From Candidatus Latescibacterota bacterium (GTDB lineage Bacteria > Latescibacterota > UBA2968): DNA of 64,000 nucleotides. Location: the NCBI GenBank assembly GCA_965198115.1, contig OZ240241.1, positions 3,744,001 to 3,808,000 of the forward strand, in the 5' to 3' direction. The position numbers and the translations under genes were made by a program. Each line of letters begins with the position of its first letter. Position 1 is the stretch's first letter. The notes under the pieces were generated by a model. It was not told where the DNA came from, did not search any database, and saw nothing but the letters and a program-made list of their open reading frames with translations. Shown here piece after piece: positions 40,302 through 49,999 of this stretch.

Positions 40302-40946
40302 GTGTCTTCCGACAACATCATCGAAGGTATCCCCGAGGCGGCGCCGGACAAAATGCCGGTTCGTGGCGACGGGGTGTCGCTTCAGGTCAACGAGATTTTC
40401 TACTCGATCGAGGGCGAGGGCGCGCGGGTCGGTCAGCCCACGACGTTCGTGCGATTGTCGAAGTGTAACCTGGCCTGTTTCTTCTGCGACACGGAGTTCG
40501 ATAGCTATACGGTGATGAGTGTCGCGGAAGTTGTGGAGGAGGTCGAGGTTCACGCAGCGAGATGGGTGAGTCTGACGGGTGGGGAGCCTCTCGGTCAGGA
40601 CATCCGGCCGCTTTGTGAGACACTGAGGAGCGCGGGCTATCGCCTTCACATCGAAACGAACGGGGTCACGAGGCCGGATCTAGAACTGTTTGACCTGATC
40701 GAATTCTGGACCGTGAGTCCAAAGCGTCGCCGAGTGATCGAGGGGTTCGTGCGGATCGACGAGCTGAAATACATCGTCGGAAAGACCTTCCGTGAAGATG
40801 ACGTTGAAACGGACCTGACAGGGGTGGTGTATCTGCAGCCGGAGTCGAGCAAACCCGAATACATTCACAAGACGCTAGAAATCCTGACACGTCATCCCGA
40901 CTGGCGATTGTCCTGTAGGATCCACAGGATGCTGAACTTGCCGTAA
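40302..40946 (+). CDS. queE: 7-carboxy-7-deazaguanine synthase (radical SAM)
   Basis: EIFYSIEGEG, FVRL..CNLACFFCDT, TGGEP, IETNG, TVSPK, YLQP. Confidence 0.93.
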   Translation: MSSDNIIEGIPEAAPDKMPVRGDGVSLQVNEIFYSIEGEGARVGQPTTFVRLSKCNLACFFCDTEFDSYTVMSVAEVVEEVEVHAARWVSLTGGEPLGQDIRPLCETLRSAGYRLHIETNGVTRPDLELFDLIEFWTVSPKRRRVIEGFVRIDELKYIVGKTFREDDVETDLTGVVYLQPESSKPEYIHKTLEILTRHPDWRLSCRIHRMLNLP

Positions 40947-41959
40947 GTCTTTTGCCGAGCAGGCGTGCAGCGAGCAGGCGTGGCAACGACATCATCAAAG
41001 GGCCAACGGGCCTTAGCCCACACCACGGGGCTGGGTTTGATGATCGGAGTCTCGGGGCCCAAGCGGTGTCACCCCGGTACGCTTCTTGGCCGGGGCCCAT
41101 TCTACTGTGGAGATAACGTTGTCACTAGTGTCACGTCCCAGGAATAACTAGAAAAACATTCGATTCTGTCGTATGGTTCCTCAAGCACTCATTCTTGGGA
41201 GGAACCGATGGCTAGAGGTCGTCCGTTACAGCCACTGAACATCAGTGATGAGGTCCACGATCAACTCGAGTCATTGTCTCGTTCGCGTAGCATGTCTCAC
41301 GCTTTGGTGCGTCGCGCGAAGATCGTCTTGATGAGCGATTGCGGTCTGACCAATCAGGAGATCGCGGAACGAGTCGGGTTGTCCGGAGCGTCTGTCGGCA
41401 AGTGGCGTCGTCGCTTCTGCGAGCAAGGCTTGATGGGACTGTATGACGAATTGCGTCCTGGAGGGCCACGGTCGGTCAGCGACGAAGAGATCTCCTCCCT
41501 CATCTACAAGACGCTCAAGAAGCAACCGAAGGGTGCCACCCACTGGGACCTGTCGTTCGATGGCCGACGAGACGGGGCTCTCCAAGTCCTCGGTTCAACG
41601 TGTATGGAAAGCTTTTGGACTGCAACCGCATCGACAGAAGCACTTCAAACTGTCGAACGATCCCTTCTTCGTCGAGAAAGTCAGGGATATCGTCGGTCTA
41701 TACCTGAACCCACCGGACAACGCGATGGTGCTCTGTGTAGACGAGAAGAGCCAGATTCAAGCACTCGAACGGACACAACCGATTCTTCCTTTGGGTCTCG
41801 GATACGTCGAGGGCGTCACTCACAGCTATATCCGGAACGGCACGACCACCCTCTTTGCAGCGCTCAACATCGCATCCGGCAAAGTTCTGACTCAGTGCAA
41901 GCCCAGACACCGCAACAAAGAGTTCCTTCAGTTCCTCAAGCACATCGACAAGAACGTCC

Positions 41960-43333
41960 GAGCTATAATCAAAAGGTGTGGAAAAAGAGAAAGGGCGACC
42001 CTACCCTTCCCGTGAGATAGTTGATTCACACAAAACCGGGTGAGAGGCCCGGTTGGGAAGGAGGATCGCCGTGAAGGAACATACGCATAGAGCCCCATTG
42101 AAGTCCATGCCGACGTGGGAGACGGTTGACGATTGGATCCGTGAAGAGATCCAGGGCCGGTTCCAGTCCATTCTGGAGGAGGAGGCGACCGCGTTCTTGG
42201 GCCGGTCGTGGTATGAGCGCCGAGCCGAGGTCGATAGCTCCACGGGCTACAGGAACGGCTACGGCAAGCCCCGGCGTCTCTCGACGAGCTGCGGAACGAT
42301 CAAGGTCCGGCGTCCCCGGGTTCGTGGTCTGGAAGAGCGGTTTGAAAGCCGCATCCTCCCCCTGTTCGCCCGGAGAACCAGGGCCATTGGAGATCTGCTT
42401 CCCGACCTTTATCTCCACGGTCTCTCCCAGGGCGACTTCGAGTTGTCTTTGCGTGCGCTGCTCGGTGATGGCGCGCCGCTTTCGCCGACCTCGATCGCTC
42501 GTCTTCGAGGGAAGTGGGAGGTCGACTTCCAGGACTGGAAAGAAAGGCGTCTGGATAATCGCGAACTGGTCTACGCCTGGGCTGATGGCATCTACGTCAA
42601 AGCCGGGCTCGAGCGCGAGAAGGCGTGTCTGCTGGTCGTGATCGGCGCGATGAGCGACGGCAGCAAGGAGATCCTGGCGATAGAACCCGGTTATCGAGAG
42701 TCTACAGAATCCTGGCTCACGGTGCTCCGGGATCTCCGGGATCGCGGGCTCGAACATCCTGTCCTGATCGCCGCGGACGGGAATATGGGCATCTGGGCGG
42801 CCGTTGATCAGGTCTGGCCAGAGAGCCGGCAACAACGGTGCTGGAACCACAAGATCCTCAACGTGCTCGACAAGGTCGCCAAGCGTGCACAGGCTGAAGC
42901 CCGCGCACTGCTCGTCCAGATCCCCTATGCCGGCACGAAAAAGGAGGCCGAGAAGCTCCGGAAACGCTTTGCCGCACGGTATCGCTCACAGTTCCCTGCC
43001 GCCGTGGAGACGCTCGAAAGAGACTGGGATCGGATGGTCACGTTCTACGACTTCCCGAAGGAACACTGGAAACACCTGAGAACCACGAACGTCGTCGAGA
43101 GCCCCTTTGCTTCCGTTCGGCTTCGCACAAACGCCGCCAGGCGATTCAAGAAAGTCAGGAACGCCACGGCTCTCATCTGGCGTACGCTCAAGGTCGCAGA
43201 GAGCCGATTCAGGAAACTCACCGCGCCACACTTGCTACAACAAGTCTACGATCAGAAACACTCAACCGAACCGCAGGTCGAAGCCGGGAAGATGGCCGCC
43301 TGATTTCTTTTACACACCTATTGACCTGAGCTC
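41960..43333 (+). mobile_element. IS256-family element, type A (1,374 bp)
   Basis: 8-bp duplication GAACGTCC at 41952-41959 and 43334-43341; IRs GAGCT..TCAA.AGGTGTG. Confidence 0.92.
42071..43303 (+). CDS. IS256 transposase
   Basis: YRNGY, PRVR, WADG, AADG, QRCWNHK, RTTNVVES. Confidence 0.93.
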   Translation: MKEHTHRAPLKSMPTWETVDDWIREEIQGRFQSILEEEATAFLGRSWYERRAEVDSSTGYRNGYGKPRRLSTSCGTIKVRRPRVRGLEERFESRILPLFARRTRAIGDLLPDLYLHGLSQGDFELSLRALLGDGAPLSPTSIARLRGKWEVDFQDWKERRLDNRELVYAWADGIYVKAGLEREKACLLVVIGAMSDGSKEILAIEPGYRESTESWLTVLRDLRDRGLEHPVLIAADGNMGIWAAVDQVWPESRQQRCWNHKILNVLDKVAKRAQAEARALLVQIPYAGTKKEAEKLRKRFAARYRSQFPAAVETLERDWDRMVTFYDFPKEHWKHLRTTNVVESPFASVRLRTNAARRFKKVRNATALIWRTLKVAESRFRKLTAPHLLQQVYDQKHSTEPQVEAGKMAA

Positions 43334-43696
43334 GAACGTCCCAAAGGATCTCGACATCCATCTGGTCGTCGATAACTACGGCACTCACAAGCACCAGAAC
43401 GTCAAACGTTGGCTCACCTCACGTAAAAGATACCACGTGCACTACACACCAACGTATGCCTCCTGGCTAAACCAGGTAGAGATCTGGTTCGGCATCATCA
43501 CACAAAGAGCAATCCGACGAGGAACCTTTCGGAACGTCAAGGACCTGATCGCCTGCATCAAGAAATTCACTGATCACTACAACGAGAATTCTACACCCTT
43601 CGTCTGGACCGCCACGGCAGATTCAATCCTCGAGAAAGTCCATAAACTTTTGAAGCTTATACGCGGGACGTGACACTAGTGGATGCGCGAAGAAAA

Positions 43697-43727
43697 TGGA
43701 TCCCGGCCTGAGACCTGCCGGGATGAC
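43697..43727. repeat. REP-like palindrome
   Basis: TGGATCCCGGC-CTGAGACCT-GCCGGGATGAC, the GTCATCCCGGC..GCCGGGATCCA type of REP. Confidence 0.55.
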
Positions 43728-43811
43728 AGTACGCTTCGCGTGCTGAGCCGGGTTGCATCTGAGGGCCAACGGCCCGTGCGGCCACTTTTCATTGTCCATT
43801 TGCATTCTGCG

Positions 43812-44924
43812 ATGATCGAATCTCTCCCAACACCACACGGTGAATTGCGGTTGCCAGCATTTCTGCCCGACGCGACGCGTGGCGCAGTGCGTGCAGTCGA
43901 TATGTGCGACGTTCGGAATGCAGGGATCGATGCGCTGATGGTGAACACGCTCCATCTGTCGTCACAGCCGGGAACCTCGGTGGTGAAGGAGGCGGGTGGC
44001 ATTCATCGTTTTTCGGGTTGGGATGGGCCGGTTGCATCCGACTCGGGTGGGTTCCAGGTGCTGTCGTTGGCGGCAGGGGGACCGAAGGGTGTCAGCGTGA
44101 GCAAGAGGGGCCTGTCCTACAAACCGGAAGGTCAGACGAAGCGACGCCAGCTGACGCCGGAGAAGTGCATCCAGTACCAGGTTCAATTGGGTGCGGACAT
44201 CCTGTTCTGCCTGGACCACTGTCCACCGGCTAGCACAGATGCTGCCACCCACCGTGAGAGTGTCGATCACACGGTGGCGTGGGCTGAGCAATGCAAGACG
44301 GCGTTCGAAGAGCGATATCCGAAATCCGATTTCAGATCTCCGATCTCCGATCGTCATTCCGGATCCAGGATCCCGGATCTCCGCCCCCTTCTATTTGCAG
44401 TCATTCAAGGCGGTGAGGACAGGGCCCTTCGTGCCGAATGCGCAGAACGACTCCAAGAGATCGGTTTCGATGGCTACGGCTTCGGTGGATGGCCGGTGGC
44501 GGACGACGGCGGGCTGGTCGATAGCGTGGGTCAGGTAGCAGACCTGTTGCCCGATGATCTTCCCCTGCACGGACTGGGCATCGGGAAGCCAGAGAACGTT
44601 GTGGCCGCCTGGCGTCTGGGATACCAAACGTTCGATTGTACCCTGCCTACGCGAGATGCAAGGCAGGGCCGTCTCTACGCTTCCACGTCGGATTCGTTCG
44701 ACGGCGACTACGACTACGTCCACATCGAGAAGGAGCGGTTCTCACGCGATCACCGGCCGATCGATGACGGATGTGATTGTACCACCTGCCTGCGTTACAC
44801 GAGGGCGTACCTCCATCATCTCTTTTCGGTCGGAGAACCGGTTGGTGCCCGGTTGGCGACGGTCCACAACCTTCGCTTTTATTCCCGGTTGATGGGTCTG
44901 TTGAACGCGGAATCAGGCGTTTGA
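43812..44924 (+). CDS. tgt: tRNA-guanine transglycosylase family protein (divergent)
   Basis: TPHG, NTLHL, DSGGFQV, LDHC, IQGG, FDCTLPTR, CDCTTC..YTRAYLHHL, HNL. Confidence 0.88.
   Translation: MIESLPTPHGELRLPAFLPDATRGAVRAVDMCDVRNAGIDALMVNTLHLSSQPGTSVVKEAGGIHRFSGWDGPVASDSGGFQVLSLAAGGPKGVSVSKRGLSYKPEGQTKRRQLTPEKCIQYQVQLGADILFCLDHCPPASTDAATHRESVDHTVAWAEQCKTAFEERYPKSDFRSPISDRHSGSRIPDLRPLLFAVIQGGEDRALRAECAERLQEIGFDGYGFGGWPVADDGGLVDSVGQVADLLPDDLPLHGLGIGKPENVVAAWRLGYQTFDCTLPTRDARQGRLYASTSDSFDGDYDYVHIEKERFSRDHRPIDDGCDCTTCLRYTRAYLHHLFSVGEPVGARLATVHNLRFYSRLMGLLNAESGV
44317..44386. repeat. In-frame heptamer repeat tract inside tgt
   Basis: ATCCGAA ATCCGAT TTCAGAT CTCCGAT CTCCGAT..CCGGATC CAGGATC CCGGATC, encoding PKSDFRSPISDRHSGSRIPDLRP. 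Confidence 0.7.
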
Positions 44925-45727
44925 GTTCACGGCCGTCCGTCGAGATGATTGTCACCGCGATCCGGCGGACACCCAAGTATGCGCCGCTCTGCGCATCGGT
45001 CATCGAAAGAGCGGCTGTTCAGGCGGTCGGCCGGTATCGTACACGAAAGGAAGCCGAGAAAGCCGCACGACGACGACTGCATCAGATCTACGGAGCCTAC
45101 CTGAGCGGCACGTGGCTCACCGTTCTTCAGCAGGCGCTCGGCGGTGTCGATGAGGGGACAGTGGAGGATTCCCGTGCGTTCTGTCGTCCATTGCTCGACC
45201 TTCACGCGTCGACGCGTGAACGCACGGACGATCTCGACCGCCTGTTTGTGGAGATTTTCACTCGGACGGGTCACCCTGAGCGCGTCCTGGATCTTGCGTG
45301 TGGATTGAGTCCGTTGACCATTCCGTGGATGGATCCGCTCGAATGCTGCGATTACACGGCGGTCGATCTGCACGAGGGACTAATAGAGGCACTCAACGCG
45401 TTTTTCAGCGCATTCTCGCTGAAGGGTGAAGCTGTGTGTGGCGATGTTCTCGAATGGTCCAGGTTCGAGGCGGATGTCGTCTTCTTGTTGAAGGTCCTGC
45501 CGTGCCTGGCTCGACAGAAGAAGGATGCCGACCTGCTGACGATCGCCCGCATCCCATCACAATGGGTGGTCGCCTCCTATCCCTCGCGCTCGCTCAGCGG
45601 TCGCAATGTAGGAATGGTCTCACACCACGAAACACGACTGCGCGAAATTGCAGAGCTTAGTGGGAGGAAGGTATTTCCGGTTCAGGGATTCTCCGAGGCC
45701 GTCTACGTATTGGAAAAATTGGCGTAA
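44921..45727 (+). CDS. ArmA/Rmt/FmrO-family 16S rRNA (m7G1405) methyltransferase homolog
   Basis: RRLHQIYGAY, HASTRER, VLDLACGLSPL, LLKVLPCL, SYPSRSLSGRNVGM; TTG start overlaps tgt stop (TTGA). Confidence 0.85.
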   Translation: MSSRPSVEMIVTAIRRTPKYAPLCASVIERAAVQAVGRYRTRKEAEKAARRRLHQIYGAYLSGTWLTVLQQALGGVDEGTVEDSRAFCRPLLDLHASTRERTDDLDRLFVEIFTRTGHPERVLDLACGLSPLTIPWMDPLECCDYTAVDLHEGLIEALNAFFSAFSLKGEAVCGDVLEWSRFEADVVFLLKVLPCLARQKKDADLLTIARIPSQWVVASYPSRSLSGRNVGMVSHHETRLREIAELSGRKVFPVQGFSEAVYVLEKLA

Positions 45728-45737
45728 GGTGTTGATT
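45725..45737 (-). promoter_or_regulatory. IHF-consensus site
   Basis: Minus strand AATCAACACCTTA matches WATCAANNNNTTR, 40 bp upstream of the -35 below. Confidence 0.4.
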
Positions 45738-45777
45738 TCAGGCGCGTTGTTGTGTCTGGCCAGGCTGGGCTTTTCCC

Positions 45778-45806
45778 TTGACTCTTTTCGGGCGAACCAA
45801 TAGATT
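45778..45806 (+). promoter_or_regulatory. Sigma70-type promoter, probable native thrS promoter
   Basis: TTGACT-N17-TAGATT pointing at thrS. Confidence 0.65.
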
Positions 45807-45858
45807 ATGCAGACTGTGGCTTAAAAGACGTTCACTCTTCCCCGGAGGCATCTCGGGT

Positions 45859-47246
45859 GGTCAAGTCCCATAGTCCGTTGAAACTCATCGGGCTCCGTGG
45901 TATTCATGCTCTCTGCCGAGCATCTTGATTGTCGCCGAGATTCAGGTTGTTTTTCAGTGCTTGCCTGAGCAGCGGGAGGTGTTTGTATCCGCTCACGCGT
46001 CGCAGGCGTGGTTCGATGTCGAGGAGTGCGGCCGCGACCCATCTGTGTCGCTGAGGAGAGTTGTTCCAGCGGTTGACCTTCCGTATCAGGTTGCCGGTCA
46101 TGCTGTTGAGCGCCTCGATGCAATTGGTGGTTCGGAAGCTTCGCTTCAAGAACGGGAGCATCCCCAGCCGGTGGAGGGTCAGGGTTTCCTCCAGTCCTTC
46201 CTCGAGGCTTGCCACGGCAGACTGATTCATCAGCTTGAGTTCGGGTTTGAGTGATTCGAGTGCGGCCTTTGCCTCCTCGTAGGTGTCGCAGTCATAGGCT
46301 TTCTGAAGTTTCCGTCGAACTCTTGGACGTTCTGCCTCCGGGAGGTAGCTGACGACGTTCTCGCGCTTGTGCCACTGACAGCGATGCACGCACACATCCC
46401 CTTTGAGGGCTTTGGTGACGGCACTGCGGAGTCCCTTTGAGCCGTCCAGCACAACGAGAAGGCCCTGGTCGTAGCACAGGCCTCTCCGGATGAGATCCTG
46501 GATCAGCTGACGGCAGATCCGTTCGTTCTCCGTCGCCGATTCGACGAAGCCCAGGGGGATCTTCTGGCCGTCCGTCGTGACGCCCGGAGCGATCACGATC
46601 TCTTCGTCGGCAAAGCTCTTTCCGTCGATGAACAGGGCGACCAAGTCGTAGTCGTCGAGCGGTCGTTCCTGGAACTGCTTCAGCTTCTTTGCGGTGGCTT
46701 TGATGAACCGTCGCGAGACGGAGGATGCCGAGATTCCGAACGCTTCGGGTACCGACTCTGCACAGGCTCTGTAGTTGCGACAGGAGATTCCCTTGAGCAC
46801 ACGAAGCAGCAGCTTCTCATCCATCGCTCTGGGCCTCTGCATCCCCCGGTATGCGGCCAGAGAAACCTCCGTATCGGACTCGACGTCGCGCACACGGGGA
46901 ACGGCCACCGGCAGCTTCTGGTCCATCAGATACACGGACCCTTTCTGGCTTCCCCATCGACGATGCGACTGCTCTGAACCCTTACGCGCATACCGAACGC
47001 CTGCGAGCTGCTCCACCTCCTGCTGGAGCACGTCGGCAACGGCCTCCAGACCCAGCGGAATCAGCGCCCGGATCACCGATAAACGCGTCTCCAAATCCAT
47101 AACGTCTGACCCAACCTTGACTTCGCCATCCCCTGCAAATAGCTTCTCCATCGTGGGCTCCTTTCTTACGGGTACACGCTCTCACACGCGTACCCACAAC
47201 GTAAGTTTGGAGCCCTTTAAGTTTCAACTAGGATAGGGACCTCACC
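45859..47246 (-). mobile_element. IS256-family element, type B copy 1 (1,388 bp)
   Basis: IRs GGTCAAGTCCC..GTTGAAACT / AGTTTCAAC..GGGACCTCACC; flanks TCTCGGGT / TCTCGGGA. Confidence 0.92.
45904..47151 (-). CDS. IS256 transposase
   Basis: PRVR, FIDG, VLDGSKGL, HRCQWHKRENV, RTTNCIE. Confidence 0.93.
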   Translation of the reverse strand: MEKLFAGDGEVKVGSDVMDLETRLSVIRALIPLGLEAVADVLQQEVEQLAGVRYARKGSEQSHRRWGSQKGSVYLMDQKLPVAVPRVRDVESDTEVSLAAYRGMQRPRAMDEKLLLRVLKGISCRNYRACAESVPEAFGISASSVSRRFIKATAKKLKQFQERPLDDYDLVALFIDGKSFADEEIVIAPGVTTDGQKIPLGFVESATENERICRQLIQDLIRRGLCYDQGLLVVLDGSKGLRSAVTKALKGDVCVHRCQWHKRENVVSYLPEAERPRVRRKLQKAYDCDTYEEAKAALESLKPELKLMNQSAVASLEEGLEETLTLHRLGMLPFLKRSFRTTNCIEALNSMTGNLIRKVNRWNNSPQRHRWVAAALLDIEPRLRRVSGYKHLPLLRQALKNNLNLGDNQDARQRA

Positions 47247-47332
47247 TCTCGGGACGGACATCTGCCTTACCCCATTTGCAGGATTCTCGATCAGGACGCG
47301 CAGATGGTGGATGGCGCGTCCATTCGTGTTTT

Positions 47333-49267
47333 ATGGCCAACCGCGAGATCACTGTTACACTGCCCGATGGGTCAGAAAAGGCCTACGAGGCGGGAACGAC
47401 GATCCAGCAGGTCGCCGAGTCTATCGGGGAAGGATTGGCACGCGCCGCGTTGGCGGGGAAGGTCGACAACCGCGTCGTCGACCTAAGCCACGCGCTCGAC
47501 GAAAACGCCGACGTTTCGATATTGACGTTTCGGGACGATGGCGGGAAAGAGGTTTACTGGCACAGCACCGCGCACGTGATGGCGCAGGCCGTGCAGGATC
47601 TGTTCCCAGACGCGAAGGTGACGATCGGACCGCCGATCGACAGCGGCTTCTACTACGATTTCGACGTCCCCGAGCCGTTTACGCCCGACGATCTGGAACG
47701 GATCGAAGGACGAATGGCGGAGATCGCGAAGGAAGATCAGCCGTTCGAGCGGGACGAGCTGCCGCGCGACGAAGCCTACAGGATGTTCGACGAGATGGGC
47801 GAGCCCTACAAGCTCGAGATTCTCGACGACATCGAGTCGGACGAAACGATCAGCATCTATCGGAACGTGGACAAGTTCTGCGATCTCTGTCGTGGCCCTC
47901 ACGTTTCAGGCACAGGGAAGATCAAGGCCGTCAAGTTGTTGAGCTCGTCGGGCGCCTACTGGCGCGGGGACGAGCGGAACAAGATGCTCCAGCGGATCTA
48001 CGGTATCTCGTTCCCCGACAAGAAAGGCCTGAAAGCGTATCTCGATCTACTGGAGGAGGCGAAGCGCCGGGATCATCGGACGATCGGGACACAGCTGGAT
48101 CTGTATTCGATCAACGACAACGTCGGGCCGGGGTTGGCGCTGTGGCATCCCAAGGGGATGCGGATCCGGCGCGAAATCGAGGACTTCTGGTATAAATCGC
48201 ATTTCAGTGGGGGCTACGAGCTCGTCGGCTCGCCTCACATCGGGCGGTCTTCACTGTGGGAGACGAGCGGTCACTTAGATTTCTACTCAGAGGGGATGTA
48301 CTCCCCGATGGATATCGACGGGCAGAGTTACTACGCCAAGCCGATGAACTGCCCGTTCCATTCGATGATTTACAAGAGCCGGCTCCGCAGCTACCGTGAG
48401 CTTCCGTTCCGGTGGGCGGAGATGGGGACTGTCTACCGTTACGAGGCGTCGGGCACGTTGCACGGGCTGATGAGGGTCCGAGGGTTCACGCAGGACGACG
48501 CCCACATTTTCTGCCGCCCCGACCAGGTCGAAGACGAAATCACGCACGTCATCAATTTCTCGCTGAACGTTTTGCAAGCGTTCGGCTTCGAAGACTATGC
48601 ACTCTACGTCAGTACGCGGCCAGAAAAGTACGTGGGGGACCCGGACGCGTGGGATCGGGCGACCGACGCCTTGAGGCGCACGGCGGATGAACGGGGATTG
48701 GTTTACGAGGTCGACGAGGGCGGAGGCGCGTTTTACGGGCCCAAGATCGACGTGAAAATCCGAGACGCTCTGAGCCGAGAATGGCAGTGCACGACGATTC
48801 AATTCGACTTCAACCTGCCCGAACGGTTCGACCTGAGTTTCATCGGGCAGGACGGCAAGCATCACCGGCCGTTTATGGTCCACCGGACCCTGCTCGGGTC
48901 GATGGAACGATTTTTCGGTACCCTGATCGAGCACTACGCGGGGAACTTTCCTGTCTGGTTGGCGCCGGTCCAGGTGGCGGTCCTGCCGATTTCGGATCCC
49001 TTCCTCGACTACGCTCAGCAGGTGGGACAGGATCTATCGGCGGCGGGTATCAGGATCGATGTCGACGACCAGGACGCCAAGCTGGGTTACAAGATCCGCG
49101 AAGCGGAAACACAGAAAATCCCCTACATGGTGATCGTGGGACAGGCCGAACAGGAGGCGGGTGAAGTCGCGGTTCGCCGCCACGGCGAGGGGGATCTTGG
49201 GAAGATGGCATTGGTAGATCTCATTGAACGGATACAACGTGAAATCGAGTCGAAGCAGCCACACTGA
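47333..49267 (+). CDS. thrS: Threonine--tRNA ligase
   Basis: TLPDGS TGS domain, HSTAHVMAQAV, DLCRGPH, KPMNCP, RVRGFTQDDAH, GAFYGPK. Confidence 0.98.
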   Translation: MANREITVTLPDGSEKAYEAGTTIQQVAESIGEGLARAALAGKVDNRVVDLSHALDENADVSILTFRDDGGKEVYWHSTAHVMAQAVQDLFPDAKVTIGPPIDSGFYYDFDVPEPFTPDDLERIEGRMAEIAKEDQPFERDELPRDEAYRMFDEMGEPYKLEILDDIESDETISIYRNVDKFCDLCRGPHVSGTGKIKAVKLLSSSGAYWRGDERNKMLQRIYGISFPDKKGLKAYLDLLEEAKRRDHRTIGTQLDLYSINDNVGPGLALWHPKGMRIRREIEDFWYKSHFSGGYELVGSPHIGRSSLWETSGHLDFYSEGMYSPMDIDGQSYYAKPMNCPFHSMIYKSRLRSYRELPFRWAEMGTVYRYEASGTLHGLMRVRGFTQDDAHIFCRPDQVEDEITHVINFSLNVLQAFGFEDYALYVSTRPEKYVGDPDAWDRATDALRRTADERGLVYEVDEGGGAFYGPKIDVKIRDALSREWQCTTIQFDFNLPERFDLSFIGQDGKHHRPFMVHRTLLGSMERFFGTLIEHYAGNFPVWLAPVQVAVLPISDPFLDYAQQVGQDLSAAGIRIDVDDQDAKLGYKIREAETQKIPYMVIVGQAEQEAGEVAVRRHGEGDLGKMALVDLIERIQREIESKQPH

Positions 49268-49293
49268 TCCGAACCCTATCGGAGGTAAACGGT

Positions 49294-49842
<549 letters not shown>

Positions 49843-49999
49843 TGCGGCCTGGCGGCCGCCAGTCGTCAGGGAAAGACAGGCTCGCTGACGTCTGACACTG
49901 CTCGCGGCACCACCGCGAGTCCAACGCGGTTCAGGGATCGAACGGAGTGCCCTTTGGCACTCGTCCTGCCCGCGGTCACCCCCAATCGAGGGTGTTAGA

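Larger units (their letters stand above)
41208..43673 (+). pseudogene. IS630 transposase, interrupted
   Basis: HTH N-terminus, extra G near 41547, FKLSNDP, CVDEKSQIQAL, split at KHIDKNV/PKDLDIHLVVDNY, ASWLNQVE. Confidence 0.9.
41128..43676 (+). mobile_element. IS630-family element carrying a nested IS256
   Basis: Perfect 12-bp IRs GTGTCACGTCCC / GGGACGTGACAC; TA duplication in a CTAG target. Confidence 0.92.

Noticed and set aside
40950-41125. preQ1-I riboswitch
   Set aside because: Lacks the short stem with GTTC-type loop and A-rich tail; kept only as an unclassified structure.
40302-44924. Dpd (7-deazaguanine DNA modification) defence island
   Set aside because: The TGT has tRNA-type motifs and no dpdB-K-like, folE, queC or queD genes are adjacent.
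34545-45727. Aminoglycoside biosynthetic cluster with self-resistance genes
   Set aside because: No DOI synthase, sugar aminotransferase or glycosyltransferase genes are present, and the two resistance-like genes are about 8 kb apart in unrelated contexts.
47247-47332. T-box leader for thrS
   Set aside because: No GGTGGNACCGCG T-box, specifier stem or terminator, even after removing the IS.
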